From Octopus vulgaris (lineage: Eukaryota), in assembly GCA_951406725.2 (NCBI GenBank), contig OX597819.1:36518001-36582000 (forward strand): a stretch of DNA of 64,000 nucleotides, in the 5' to 3' direction. The translations under genes were made by a program, and so were the position numbers. Below are positions 25,964 to 40,334 of the stretch, piece by piece. A model generated the notes under the pieces. It saw only the letters and a program-made list of their open reading frames with translations. It was not told where the DNA came from and did no database searches. Position 1 is the first letter of the stretch. Each line of letters opens with the position of its first letter.

Positions 25964-27265
25964 GGGGGCGAGCTGGCAGAATTGTTAGCACGCCGGGTGA
26001 AATGCTTGGCGGTATTTCGTCCATCCTTACGTTCTGAGTTCAATGTAATCGACTACCCCACTTTCTCAAAATTTCAGGCCTTGTGCCTATAGTAGAAAGG
26101 ATTGTTATTGCTATTGTTGTTATTTATCTATCAGTTGATAAAAATGCACTCGAGTTAAGATACACCAATTTAAATGTCCTAGATGATTAAGATGTACAAC
26201 ATATACCAGCTGATATGAGATGAAGCTAATGGATGCGATAACAATTCTGGCAGTCGATATCTCAGCATATCTACAGTGTTATGATTAAAACAAATAATAT
26301 AATCATAAAATATATGTAAATCATGACTTCATAAAAAAGGCGATATAAGGTGAAAATGCCCAAGGGGTGCCAGCTGCATGACAAGCTAATAGTAAAGTTG
26401 ATGCTAACATCCTTCCAGAATTACAACTACTATTCGTTAAATAAAATATTCAGATCACAGCATGTAATGATACCAATGAAATATACGAATAAAGTATACA
26501 ATTTATTAATAAATGGATTAAACTTTATTGACATCTGCAATCAATTCCACACGATTTAGAAATATTAGAAATATTGCAAAACATAAAAATCAGACATTAC
26601 AATAGTTTCGAAAGCTTAAGAGAAACCTATTTAATATTTGAAGAAGAAACAAAATGTACTAAGTGAAAATAAAGTACATTTGCCCAAAATAAGAACACAC
26701 AAACACTCGGAAGTACATATTAATAGGAAAATAATAAAACATTATAAGAAATCGTTGGTAATTCAGATTCAGATAATCAGATACAACGTATATAGAGTGA
26801 ATATATTATTCAACAGTTACCATAGAATGAGAATAATGAAGTTAAGACAAATAAAATAAAAAATATTTGATAAATATATATAGCTAGCCACTTTTTTGAA
26901 TATATAAACACAGAAACAGATTAATTGAAGAAAAATGAAAAAAAGAACCAACAGTGTAGCCAAATAAAAATTTCAGGACAAAAAAATTTATACAAAAAAC
27001 CCCACCAAAAAAAAAAAGAACGTAAATTATATATCTTATCGAAAGCTTCAAGAAACAGGCAATTCGAAAAATACATAAATAATTTATACAGTTTATGCGA
27101 AAATGGAAAGATTAAGGACAGACAACTGAATCGGAAAATAAAGAAATGTAATACACATTCATTCCATTAGAAATAAAACAACGTATTCTGGGTTGAAAAA
27201 AAAAAGTCCTACGGCGGAAAGGTCAATGGATGAAAGACAAGAAATATTTGAACAAAGAAATACTA

Positions 27266-27686
27266 ATTTCTTTATTGCCCACAGGGAGTTAAACAGGACA
27301 GAAAGGGGAATACAACAAGGATAGACAGGGGAACAAGTCTATTATATCGACCCCAGTGCGTAGCTGTACTTATTTAATCGACCCCGAAACGATGAAAGGC
27401 AAAGTTGACCTCGGCTGAATTTGAACTCAGAACGTAAAGACAGACGAAATACCTATTTCTTTACTGCCCACAAAGGGCTACACACAGAGGGGACAAACAA
27501 AGACAGACAAACGGATTAAGTCGATTACATCGACCCCAGTGCGTAACTGGTACTTAATTTATCGACCACGAAAGGATGAAAGGCAAAGTCGACCTCGGCG
27601 GAATTTGAACTCAGAACGTAGCGGCAGACGAAATACCGCTAAGCATTTCGCCCGGTGTGCTAACTTTTCTGCCAGCTCACTGCCTT
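27266..27686 (-). mobile_element. SINE family A dimer
   Basis: AACAAAGAAAT flanks both sides (27251, 27688) as a likely TSD. Confidence 0.9.
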
Positions 27687-30600
27687 AAACAAAGAAATGT
27701 TGACAGAATGGATACACTAAAACTACACTGGGGATTTGAAACTCCATCGTCTCGGACAGAGTTCTTCTTCAAGAAGATGCTGACAGGAGGGAAATAAAGA
27801 AAGACAGTTGAGTTTTACATCGTCTATATTTGAGAAACTGGCTGCAACTGATAAGGAACACAAGTCAACGTAGCTTTATACATCGACAGGAAATCGAAAG
27901 AGAGAGAGAAACCTTTTGAGAGACCTAGAAGAAAAGAGAAATGAAATGAGAAGAAGCAGATAATGGCAAGGGAGGGACAAATTCAGGTGAGAGTAGTGTT
28001 GAAAGATAAGAACTAAGGGGAATGGAAGGAAAAACGCTCATTTAATCTCGTCGGTGACCTGGTTTCAAATTCAAATATACAGGTGACCTGTTCTCCTATA
28101 TAAAGAGCATCGGAAAGTTTGCTTATGATACAATATAATAGGCTGGACGATGTGCATCACGAATGCGAGGAGAGGTGTTGGGAGAGAGATCGGAGCGGTT
28201 GTGGGTTAGAAATCAGAGTTCAGATGTTGAAGATAAACGGCTGTTCCATTGGGAGGATGTGCAGGTAGAAAATGAGAGAGGTAGTGGAATCTAGTCTATA
28301 GATATATATGAGGAGTGTAAGAGAGCCGTGGCGCAGCCGATGGCCTGGGCTTGGCAGAGTACAGGGTCCACACCTGATTGAAGGTACTCTCGATTCAGGA
28401 AGAGCTGATACACTGGGGTTCGAAATCCAAACTATTGCTGTAGAGCTGGTAGTGCCAAAGGAATTGAGAAAAAAAGCAATAGCAGGTTTAGTGTGTTTGG
28501 GGTGGGGTAAGTTAAGTGAAGATGGAAGTGGGAGCCTGTAAGCGTGGAATGGACGGAGGTAGATCTTGTTTATAGTGATGGAGGTATGGAGAAAACTAAC
28601 GAAGGTGTTGGAATGTTTAGCTTATTTTACCGAATTACTTTCTTCCTAATTTCATCGGCTCATTTGTTTTACTGTCAGAATGTTCGCTTCATGTTCAGCT
28701 CGCGACTACATAGGCACATAAAACAATCAATGAAAGCATGCATGTTATCAACTATACTCGCTCTGCATGTTGTATTATTTCTTTGATTTGAACCCTATGG
28801 CATATTTTATCAAACAAGTACCTTACAATTTAGTATAACCTATTTTGATATAAATTCAAATAATTTCTTTATAGTTTCCCATACATTTCAATCTAATAAC
28901 GCACTTTAGAACTCACCATTATTTTCATGGTAATAATTCAATATTAACAAGCATTACTCATGAAAATTCTACGATCCACCTAGTACTGCAGTAACAGCCA
29001 TAAACATCTCCCCACACGGTAATAATATCCTGTCATTTGTTTCATTATGCTTTGATTAATTTCTACAAAATATTGTCCATTCTCTTCGGTCATGTTTTTT
29101 CCCATCTCATTCTGGCTTGAGTAAAATACACCTACCTATCATGATCGTTCATATTTTGCCTTCCTTCTTGATTTTTTATCATTTCCCTATTAGTTTCAGC
29201 TTTGACATTTGTCATACGATATCGTCCAGCTTTATTTCTTGCATAAACTTTATTCATTTCCTACTGAGTTAATAATTCTCATTGTTCCTGGTTCTTCTTT
29301 TTCACTCTTAATTTCCATTTCTTCGCTTTGCCCTTTCCCCAATCTTTTCTTGTATCTTTTCCGCTTCTCTAAATTAAAATCTCGCAGTTGTACTCTATGA
29401 TCATTGTCCACTGCTGCGCATCATACTCCGTTTTGGAAATAAAATAATTTAAGAAGCACTTAATATCATATAATTGTTAACACTCACGTCCTGGATAATG
29501 TTATACATATTTTGCAAAGAAATTTAGAAATACGGTTATTGAAATATAGCTAATTAGAAAAAATTCTTACATACACTTTAGGACAACGTTCATAAATGCA
29601 GTTATCAATATATAGATAATAGAATAAATAGGTAGGTGCTCTAAATCGCATGTATTAGATAAATCGGTTGGTGGATGGCAACAGAGTGGGAGAAAATTAA
29701 ATGAACTATTCTGGCAAACACATACATTCATGAACGCTAACGACGTGCTTACATATACACATACTCCCCATTCTTTCATACATTCAAACATACACAACTA
29801 ATCGTGGTTTGTGTGTGCGTGTGTGTGTGTGTATTTGCGTATGTATGAATAGTCTTCATATGTGTGTGTGTGTATATATGTGTGTGTGTATCGAGTGCAT
29901 GTGTCAGTAGCATTAGTTTGAATACTCCCCTTCTCTCTTTCTCTAGTGCACACGAACACATTTTGCACTTTTACCATCCCCTTTCCACAGCATGACAGAT
30001 TTTTTACACCACAGGAGTCATCGCTAATGTTTTAATATAACAGGCTCCCTCTCTACTCTCTTTCCTCCACCCCTCTCTATATTGCACGCAGACTTCTCTG
30101 ATCCCTTTTCCACAGCGTGGCAGAATTTTACTCAGCCCGAATCTATCGTTAACACTTTAATATAATAGATTATCGGAGTATTTAATTTCTTGCTGCAACA
30201 CATCAAATTTTAGTATTTATTGCCTATATGATCACCTTTGTGTAATTTAAGTAATATTTCCTAAATATTTAATCAATCGGTATGAAATAACTTTCTTTCT
30301 GAATCTAGTAGAGTCCCTTAAATTCTAACAATCAACACGATCTACTTACCAACACAAAACTTCTTAAATTATGTTTATTTATTAATTATTTTATTTTATT
30401 TTATTTCGCCCTTTTTTTACTTATCTATATCGTTCGTATATCACTTTATTTTCTTTCAAGAAGCATATATGTATTCAACAACAAAAATATATGCTTAATT
30501 TCGTTAAGGCAATCATTAACCAAAAAAAAAAAAAAAAAACTTTAGCAATTATCATAATTTATAAAGCTTTCTTGGTTAACTTATATTAAATAAAACAAAA

Positions 30601-30817
30601 GTTATCGAAAGAAGAATTTTGACGAGTGCGACGTAAAATATTCTTTATAAATACTATTTTCGAATTATATAGGTTCATATCTAACAATGGCATTAAGATT
30701 TCCCTGGCCAGATGGTAATAGAATTTGTTTGATTTTCAGTCTTAAAATATAAAAAATTTAATATTCGGGAAGAAATTTTTTGAGAGGGACAGGGAATGAA
30801 TAAGTAACAAGTATATG

Positions 30818-31630
30818 AAGTACGTTCAAAAAGTATCCGACTTTATATTTTCCCCACAACTAATGCTGTGTTGGCAAAATCCTTTGCGTGGGAAGTGATA
30901 CCACCCTTCCTGCTCATGTTAAAAAAATTTGCGCCGCTAGGCCGTGTCATTTCCGGTTGTTACACCTAGTGTATAGAATGTAATGTGCGCTCGTCGGATT
31001 TTCGTTTAAGCGCAACACGACCGAACGCATCGAGGAGAGACCATAAACTCATATCTCATCACTAGTGATTATTATTTTCATGAAGTCTGGGTTGCAGTTT
31101 GCACAGTCCAGCATGTCATGAGCGATTTTCATGGGGAGTGGCTTCTGCTGCTCTGCCAACTCCTTGGGGACGAATATCGTCTACACTTTCTGTATGCACA
31201 AATCTTCTGTTAAAATGGCATACACTGATCCTGTATTCATTACTTCTTCGTGAACAATTTCCTGGATTGTTACACGACGAGCTTCCATGGTTATTCGTTT
31301 TTTTTACCATGTGGTCGGTTCCTCGCTTCGGCTAGTGGATGGCCTTCCCGAGCGTGTCTCGCTCTCCACCGAGGTTCAACTATCTTTGAAGTGGTTGCAC
31401 CACTCCTTTATCTGTGCTTTGCCCATGGCATCATCTCTAAAGGCCTGCTGAATCTTCTAGAAGCTTTGAAGCGTGTGTATATAAATTTATATTTGTGTAC
31501 GAAAACTTATATTTGTGGCAAAACTTGATGCAAAATCTCTGCTCGATGCATTCAGTGAAAACGAAATTCTACGTCTGTATTCTTGGCGTCATGGCAGCCG
31601 GAAACTAACGCAGCCTACCGAAGCAAAAAT

Positions 31631-31632
<2 letters not shown>
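30818..31632 (-). mobile_element. Mariner remnant: two 5' ends in inverted orientation plus a decayed transposase N-terminal half
   Basis: Minus strand [38 protein letters not shown] matches mariner transposase motifs; 30921-30960 matches the reverse complement of 31596-31632. Confidence 0.85.
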
Positions 31633-32161
<529 letters not shown>

Positions 32162-32703
32162 TTTATGCGTCTCGAAACAAACCGATAGAAATTTCTAAAA
32201 AATCCGTTATTACCGTATTGGTCCAATTTCGGGGTTAATTCATTTCCCTCTTCAGCGATAAATACGTGGGATATAAGTGAAATACTTACTCATACCCATG
32301 GAAAAAGCAAGCACTAAGTCCCGAGCAGACCTAAGTACCCCAAATATATCCAAAATAGAAAATCTGCAGCACATCTCGAGAAACGCGTGATTCGAACTAG
32401 AAACTTTCACAGAGTGAGAGAATCCGGGAGTGAACACTAATCAATTTATAACTAATGTAGGATGAAATTTTTTTCGGGAAGAATTTTTTATCAATGGCCA
32501 GCATATCAAAAAATACCTTTAAAGGTTAAATTTATAAATAATTTACAAGATAAGGGCAAAAGAAAAATTCTGATGCCAAATATGCCGAAAAAAAGACAAA
32601 AATTGTCAATAACCATTATAATTTATGCGTCTCGAAACAAACCGATAGAAATTTCTAAAAAATCCGTTATTACCGTATTGATCCAATTTCGCAGTTAATT
32701 CAT

Positions 32704-33130
32704 GCCCCTTGTGGGCAGTAAAGAAATAGGTATTTCGTCTGCCTCTACGTTCTGAGTTCAAATTCCGCCGAGGTCGACTTTGCCTTTCACCCTTTCGTGG
32801 TCGATTAAATAAGTACGAGTTGAACACAGGGGTCGATGTAATCGACTCATCCCCTCCACCAAAATTGTAGCCCTTGTGGCGTAACTTGAAACCATTATTT
32901 ATATTATGTATAGGGCAACGTGCTGGCAGAATCGTTAGCATGCCAGGCAAAAGTGCTTAGTGGCATTTCATCCGTCTCTACGTTCTGAGTTTAAATTTCG
33001 CCGCGGTCAGCTTGGCCTTTCATCCTTTTGGGGTCGATAAAATAAGTACTAATTGAGTACTAGTTTCGATGGAATCGACTTACCATCTCCCCCGAACCTG
33101 CCTGTCGCGTGCCAAAATTTAAAACTAGTA
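32704..33130 (+). mobile_element. SINE family A copies (truncated dimer plus monomer)
   Basis: Core motifs present twice. Confidence 0.85.
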
Positions 33131-33349
33131 TTAATATTATACATGTATGAAATACATGCAACATTGATTATTGATAAAAATATACGACTGTTGAAAATTA
33201 ACTTTGATCAGAACCTAGCGAGAATATGTGTTGTAACAAATGCACACGAAATATATGAAATGTATGCAGTAGCGATTTTCAGCTTATTTCTCATACGTAA
33301 GTTGCCATAATTTTTAATAGCTTGTGTAAACTAGTAGATATGTGTGAGT

Positions 33350-33633
33350 TCAGTTCTACATTTAAGAGATGAGGAATTATGTACATTATTTTTATTATGT
33401 ACATCTGATTGATATTTGCCCTCATCTTGTTTGTTGTTAACACAACGTTTCGGCTGATATACCCTCCAGCCTTCATCAGGTGTCTTGGGGAAATTTCGAA
33501 CCTGGGTTCTCATTCCTACGGTATTTTCGATGTTGCTATTATAATTATTATTATTATCCAGGTCACTACCCGGAATCGAACTCAGAATCTTGGAGTGAGT
33601 AGCCCGCGCTCTTAACCACTACGCCATATACCC
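33350..33633 (-). mobile_element. tRNA-headed SINE-like element with a hammerhead-containing tail
   Basis: A box TGGCGTAGTGG, B box GAGTTCGATTCC, then (TAA)n linker, then hammerhead and AATAAA; flanked upstream by CA/TA microsatellite. Confidence 0.75.
33439..33484 (-). ncRNA. Minimal type I hammerhead ribozyme motif
   Basis: GACAC-CUGAUGA-A-GGCUG(gagggUaUaU)CAGCC-GAAA-CGU-U-GUGUU: conserved core, stem I, stem II and palindromic ACGU stem III. Confidence 0.8.
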
Positions 33634-33672
33634 GTGTGAGTATTTATACACACACACGCACTCACACACACA

Positions 33673-33724
<52 letters not shown>

Positions 33725-33729
<5 letters not shown>

Positions 33730-34281
33730 ATTATTCAAAAAGTAAGAGCAGATTTCAAATTTATTTTTAAAACAAACAGTTTGAAACACAAACACATTCT
33801 GCATATTTCTTGATAGAAGGTTTAAAGATTATACCTGAACATAATCAATTGAATTAAGCCTTAAATAAAATAATATTTAAATTTTGTTTTAATGTTTCAT
33901 TTTGTTCAGTATATTTAAAGTTGTATAATTTTCATTTGTGTAAATCCTTTAGAAAATGGGGACGCCACAAGAAAAGTCTTTTTGTGTGCTGCAGTTTGAG
34001 AAATGCGAATCGATTGTGCAAGTGCAATGTGAATTTCGTCGCCAATTCAATAAAAATCCACCTCGTCACAAGAAAATTTACGAATGGCATAAAAATTTTA
34101 CAGAAAAAAATTTCGATGTTTCGATGTTAGTCGAGCAACACATGGTGCTCATGTTGAGTGCATACTACCTTAAAATAAACTTTAAACCTTCTCCTATCAA
34201 GAAATATGTCGATTGTGTTTGTGTCTCTTACCGTTTATTATATACATTTAAAATCTGCTAATTCTTTTTTAATAACCCTGT
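33725..34281 (+). mobile_element. Internally deleted Tc1/mariner element retaining the HTH N-terminus (DUF4817-like)
   Basis: MGTPQEKSFCVLQFEKCESIVQVQCEFRRQFNKNPP..IYEWHKNF at 33956; imperfect TIRs AGGATTATTCAAAAAG..GCAGATTTCAAAT / ATTTAAAATCTGC..TTTTTAATAACCCTG. Confidence 0.8.
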
Positions 34282-34366
34282 TTATATACATAGGTTTATG
34301 CTCATGCCAATATGGTTGTATATATATTTTATATATAATTAATGAAAGAGACTTTGAGACTTAGTC

Positions 34367-34774
34367 TCGGTTTGAACGGCAGTTTTTAACATAATTTCTA
34401 GGTAACTAAAAAATTTTAAACTTCGTATATTGGTAGAATGTGTTTATAAAACATCTTTTTCTCTTGGCTTTATTGAGAAAATTCTATAGTTTGTAAGATA
34501 TTTGTTGTTTTTTTTCTTCAATTTCTGCAATTTCAACTAATCAATGACGTGTATTGAGGTAAAAAACATTCTGTGCCGTATGAATATGTCCCTCGTTTAA
34601 GAAACAGATTGGATTTATTTACATTTGTGAAAAAAATAAGATACCTTTCCCCCACCCCTAACCCTAACTCTAAAACAGATTGAAATGCAATAGATCGATA
34701 CTAGGGTCATAATTATGGGTGACAATTTCATATGATACCGCTAGAAAAAACTGCCGTTCAAACCGAAAAGATCC
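34367..34774 (+). mobile_element. GGATC-TIR MITE (Merlin- or hAT-like), left TIR clipped
   Basis: Colinear with 63366-63796; ends CAAACCGAAAAGATCC. Confidence 0.85.
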
Positions 34775-35189
34775 TGGTGTAATGCTATTAACTATCTTAC
34801 CAGTTCAGTTGATCCGTGGTAGAAGAGAAAGTTGTTATCTGTATTGTCAAGTCAATACCAATTAGCGTTGTTCTAGATGCGATCTAGGATGTTTCCTTGT
34901 TTAGCAGCTGCCTTCACCATGTATGTGAAGTGCACATTAATTTAGGTGTTACTTTCGGACGGAAGAATGTCATTAACTGATTAGAAACTGAACTATTTTC
35001 TAAAACCGATAACAAAGCTTTCTTGTCTTCCAGATTTAGTTTTCGTAGTCATATTTATTTTTTATTTTATTTTACATCGCATACAGTTTGGGATTCGAAA
35101 AGTTGTTATGATTGCAAAAATGGTTCCTGAAATAATTACATGAATGCTACCACACCAAACAGTTATATTTGGTTTTGGTTGGTGGCAGT

Positions 35190-35361
35190 ATGGACGGTGA
35201 AGGAGAAAACATGCCAGGCTGCAGGCCAAGAGGCAGTATCAATCGCTCTGTACTGCTGCAAAGAGCAATACTATCAAAAGGTGCTGAAAGTGGTGTAACT
35301 TCCAATCGACAATTAACAGAGGAATTGTTCAGTGGTGCAAGCTGTATGCAAAATACACAAG
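35190..35361 (+). CDS. Candidate first coding exon (MDGEGENMPGCRPRGSINRSVLLQRAIL..MQNTQ), product unknown
   Basis: Unique, GC-elevated open frame between cag|T and AAG|gtattt; phase compatible with 42102-42142. Confidence 0.3.
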
Positions 35362-36198
35362 GTATTTTTGGTAATTTTTTTTGTCTTTTTTGTAGTAAGT
35401 TTAATCTTTTACTTTATGTTTATACAATGTACATTGAAGTGTGGAGTGTTGGAATTTTTTAAATGTAATCTATGCGTTGCTATGGTACTTATATAGTATT
35501 ATTAAGTCATTCTTAAGACGACAGGGAAATTTTTTATAGACGTTTGGCTACAATTTCTAGTAGATTAACCGACCAGGTAAATACTTGTTCGACGGGTGGA
35601 TGGATGAGTAGATGTTTAGAATATCGATTCCGTGGAGTTATTTAGTGCATCAAATGTCTTCAGACCACCCATAATGTCTAACTAGATGCTTTCCTGTTCG
35701 TTTTGCAATGAAATGTAGTCCCGTTCCTATTCTCGAAAGGAGTTACCAACTCACGTGGTGGGAGAAATTGCGACGAAGAATAAGAACGTTACAGTATTTT
35801 ACTATGGGAGATTATTCTTTTATTCATCAATTAGTTCCAGTTATTAGACTGACCATATTGAATCAAAACCAAAAGTTAAGTCGATCAGATTGAGCTCTTG
35901 ACTTATTTTATCGACTTCTAGCTGTCAAACGATAATATATATATATATATATATACTTCATATACTTCAAACTATATATCAACTATACATGAACTATATA
36001 TCAACTATACATGAACTCTAAGATGTCTGACTCCGTTGTGTATTATAAATGAATTTCTTGTGTTTGACGGCATGAGGTGTCTCTTTTTATATATAACTTT
36101 TTTTGATAAGGTTCATTTCAGGAACTGAAACATGTTATAATGTATATATAAAAATTAAAAATTGTATAATACAGCAGCATTTTCGAACTTCATTTTTT

Positions 36199-36257
<59 letters not shown>

Positions 36258-36260
<3 letters not shown>

Positions 36261-36480
36261 GGTAAGACAACAAAAGAATGAAAGAGCCCTCGATATGTAA
36301 ATGGAGGAATTTATCTGTAAATATAATATGTGATAATTATTCGGTTAGCCATGATAAAACTCCGAGTTTCGGATTTTCATAGCATTTTTTTGATAGCTCG
36401 ATAATTGAAGAGATGCCGGCGTGGGTTTCCACCCCGACATCCGAAACTCGGAGTTTTATCATGTCTACCGAATAATTATA
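36258..36480. mobile_element. Short foldback copy of the hammerhead-bearing PLE-like family
   Basis: Inverted arms 36332-36374 / 36439-36479; motif with TTGAAGA core at 36400-36460. Confidence 0.7.
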
Positions 36481-36488
36481 TATATATG

Positions 36489-37351
36489 TACAGGGCACAG
36501 TAAATATATTGTCGTCTAAATTACGCAAAAGTGAAAATAATACTGACATATTTACAAAAATTACATAAAGATATCTTGAAATATTAAAGAGTAAATTTAT
36601 TGAATAACATCGCCATTCACTTCAAGCACAGCCTCCAGACGATTTCGGAATCTCCTGCAACTCTTCTGGACGGTTCCTTGTTTAAGTTGGTGAATGCTGC
36701 TATAATCCTTGCCTTCAATCCATCTTTGGTGTTACAAGGAGTTTTGTTGGTCTCTCGCTCAACTGTGCCCCATACATAATAATCAAGGGAGTTGCAGTCT
36801 GGTGAGTTACGTGGCCAGATGTTAGGAGTGATGTGGATGCAGAAATTGTCTGACAGCCATGGCTGGGTTCTCCTACTTGTATGGCATGGTGTAGAGTCCT
36901 GTTGCCAGACAAAGTCTTCCAGCAGCCAACCTTCTTGACCCAGTCAGTAGTACCTCCTCCAGGCATTTGATGTGGGTCTCCGTGTTGAGTCTGAGACCGT
37001 GTGGGAAGATGAATGGAGGCATAACGTCGCCAACACTAGTGATCCCTCCAAACAACATGATGTTGAATTGATGCTTGATTTTCACTGCTCTCGGCACGTT
37101 TTGGAGACACGGCAAGCCAACTGTTGTTCTGTGTGTTCACCATTTGTTCGTATTGGAGCTTCCGGCGCGAATGTCAAGCAGTACAGCTTGTTGTTTTTAA
37201 ATTTCTGTCAGAGTGAATTGCGAAATAGTGCAGTTTTTCTTACAGACGGTGCGCAACTGACTGTCTAGTACTGCGTAGTTGAGAAAATATAAATATAAAA
37301 CAATGTTTATGAACAAAATTGGAAATATAGATTAATGACAATTTACCCATC
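36489..37351 (-). mobile_element. Tc1/mariner-superfamily element with a decayed transposase catalytic region
   Basis: DVMPPFIFPHGLRLN..VWQQDSTPCHTSRRTQPWLSDNF..WPRNSPDCNPLDYYVWG, frameshifted. Confidence 0.85.
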
Positions 37352-37384
37352 GCATAATGTATATATATGATTGGGAGTGCGTTG

Positions 37385-38157
37385 CAGATCTTCCAGAATG
37401 AAACGACTACCCAGAGGTCATCAAAAGACTGGCTCGAGACCCTACATAGTGCTCCACTCCCGGAATGCCAAGAGATTCTCCTGATCGAACTCACTGTGTC
37501 TTACGAAACCAGGAATGAAGATGCCCATGTCTACAAGACAGAAAATTACGTCGACTTGGCCAGAGACCCGAGGAACGCCAGATTCAAAACCAAAGTCTCC
37601 GCAGTCGAGGTTGGCATCAAGGAATTTGTAGGCTCATCAGATGAAACAGCTGTCAATCTCTGGAAGAAGCAGAACTAGAACCTTGAAGGCCATGGGAGAA
37701 GCGGCGGAGAAGGCCTCAAGTTGGATCTGGTCTAGGAGGAGCAAAGGCGAACTTCATAAGGCTTAATTGGTTCCAATTCAAGCGAGTGCCAGATTGGCGT
37801 AATCGTCTAGGTCTGCGCCTTTGGAACCGGCGATCCGGGTTCGAAGCCCACTGGGACCGTGAGAAAAAATAACCCTCACACCTGGGACGTCCGAGCGCTC
37901 GCCAATGTACCCAGCTGGAAACGAGTACTTAGCCCTTCTCAGGGCCGCAGCACACATCACAGCAGAGCTAGATACCAGAGAAACCAGTCCCACCTAAGGC
38001 GTACTAAAACGAGCAGCAGGTGGACATCCGGGAGTCATGACTCAGATGTGGCCCGACATCCCCTAGAGTGTCAGGAGTTAGGGGCCGAAACACTTGCCTA
38101 AAGGGTGTTTCTCCTCTGAGGATCACCTGCTGTTACGCTCTCCCCGAGTTTCTTTCC

Positions 38158-38160
<3 letters not shown>
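37385..38160 (+). mobile_element. 3' end of an RLE-type (HERO-like) non-LTR retrotransposon with 3' UTR
   Basis: ILLIELTVSYE..EDAH..K..Y.DL..AVEVG..FVG then AMGEAAEKASSWIW match the restriction-like endonuclease C-terminus; element ends at (TA)n. Confidence 0.8.
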
Positions 38161-38211
<51 letters not shown>

Positions 38212-38214
38212 TAA

Positions 38215-38988
38215 ATCTTTTACTTGTTTCAGTCATTAGACTGCGGCCATGTTGAGGCACCGCCTGGAAGAATTTTTAGCCGAATGAATCGACCCCAGGA
38301 CTTGTTTTTAAGCCTGGTTTATATTCCATGTTACGGGGGCGCAAATAAACCAACGCCGATTATGAAGCAGTGGTGGGAAACAAGCACAGGCACAAATATA
38401 CATGCGCACGCACACACACACACGCACGCACACACACATGCACACACACACACACAAACGCACACACACACACACACACATCTTTTTTTCTTCACAAATG
38501 TAAATAAACTCAATGTGTTTTTTAAACATATTCATACGGCACAGAATGTTTTCACCTCAATGGACCACATTGATTGGTCGAAATTGCAGAAATTGAAGAA
38601 AAAAAACAACAAATATCTTACAAACTATAGAATTTTCTCAATAAAGCCAAGAGAAAAAGATGTTTTATAAACACATTCTACCAGTATACGAAGTTTAAAA
38701 TTTTTTAGTTACCTAGAAATTATGTTAAAAACTGCCGTTCAAACCGAAAAGATCCCTTATTTTTAAAGCCAAGTAATTATTCTAAAGGTCACTTTTGCCG
38801 AAGTTATGGAGACGTAAACACATTAATACCGGTTGTCGAGCAGTGATGGGGTAACAAACACACACTCAAAGACATACACACATAGAAATAAACATAGACA
38901 CACATACACGCACACACACACACACACACACCCACACACACACACGCACACACACACACGCACACACATACACACACACACACGAGCA

Positions 38989-39037
<49 letters not shown>

Positions 39038-39188
39038 GTGACGTGATTCTTTCAGTTTCTGTCTACCAAATTCACCCCCAAGACTTTGGTTGACCCGAGG
39101 CAATAGTAGGAAACACTTGCCCAAGGTATCACGCAGTGGGAATGAACCTAGAGCCATGTAATTGGGAAATAAGCTTCTTACCACAAAG

Positions 39189-39190
<2 letters not shown>
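38215..39190 (-). mobile_element. Two SINE family B segments interrupted by a partial GGATC-TIR MITE (38481-38755)
   Basis: Colinearity with other copies of each family. Confidence 0.8.
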
Positions 39191-39229
<39 letters not shown>

Positions 39230-39369
39230 CGTTATATGTAAATAAACAAGTTTGTTTTTGAAGCGTTGAAATGTATTGTAGAACAAGTAGAAAGTTATAT
39301 TTTTTTCTACACGTAAATACTGAACTGTATATATAAAGGTTATATATATATATATATATGTATATATAA

Positions 39370-39561
39370 AGGGAAAGTTTACGAAAATAAACAAAAGACG
39401 AAGGCAGCTGGTGTACAAACAAACAAATGTATTAGTATAGCGCTCAGGAATAGAAAAAGCTTTTACGTTTCGAGCCTACGATCTTCTACAGAAAGATACA
39501 CAGAAAAAAACAAGGAATGACAAAAAATGTGTGTAGTAGCTAACGATCTATCATGGCGTCT
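39370..39561 (-). mobile_element. Short PLE pseudo-LTR-like repeat with a variant hammerhead (39460-39495)
   Basis: CTTT-CTGTAGA-A-GATC gtag GCTC-GAAA-CGT-A-AAAG; sits between (TA)n and (TCTA)n. Confidence 0.6.
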
Positions 39562-40237
<676 letters not shown>

Positions 40238-40240
40238 CAT

Positions 40241-40334
<94 letters not shown>

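Noticed and set aside
26110-28620. A-rich and purine-rich stretches possibly from an ancient LINE
   Set aside because: No convincing protein motifs could be read, so they are left unannotated.
33561-33633. Functional tRNA gene (also SINE heads at 760, 42889, 58211)
   Set aside because: A/B boxes are present but there is no proper acceptor stem, and each head continues into a repeat body.
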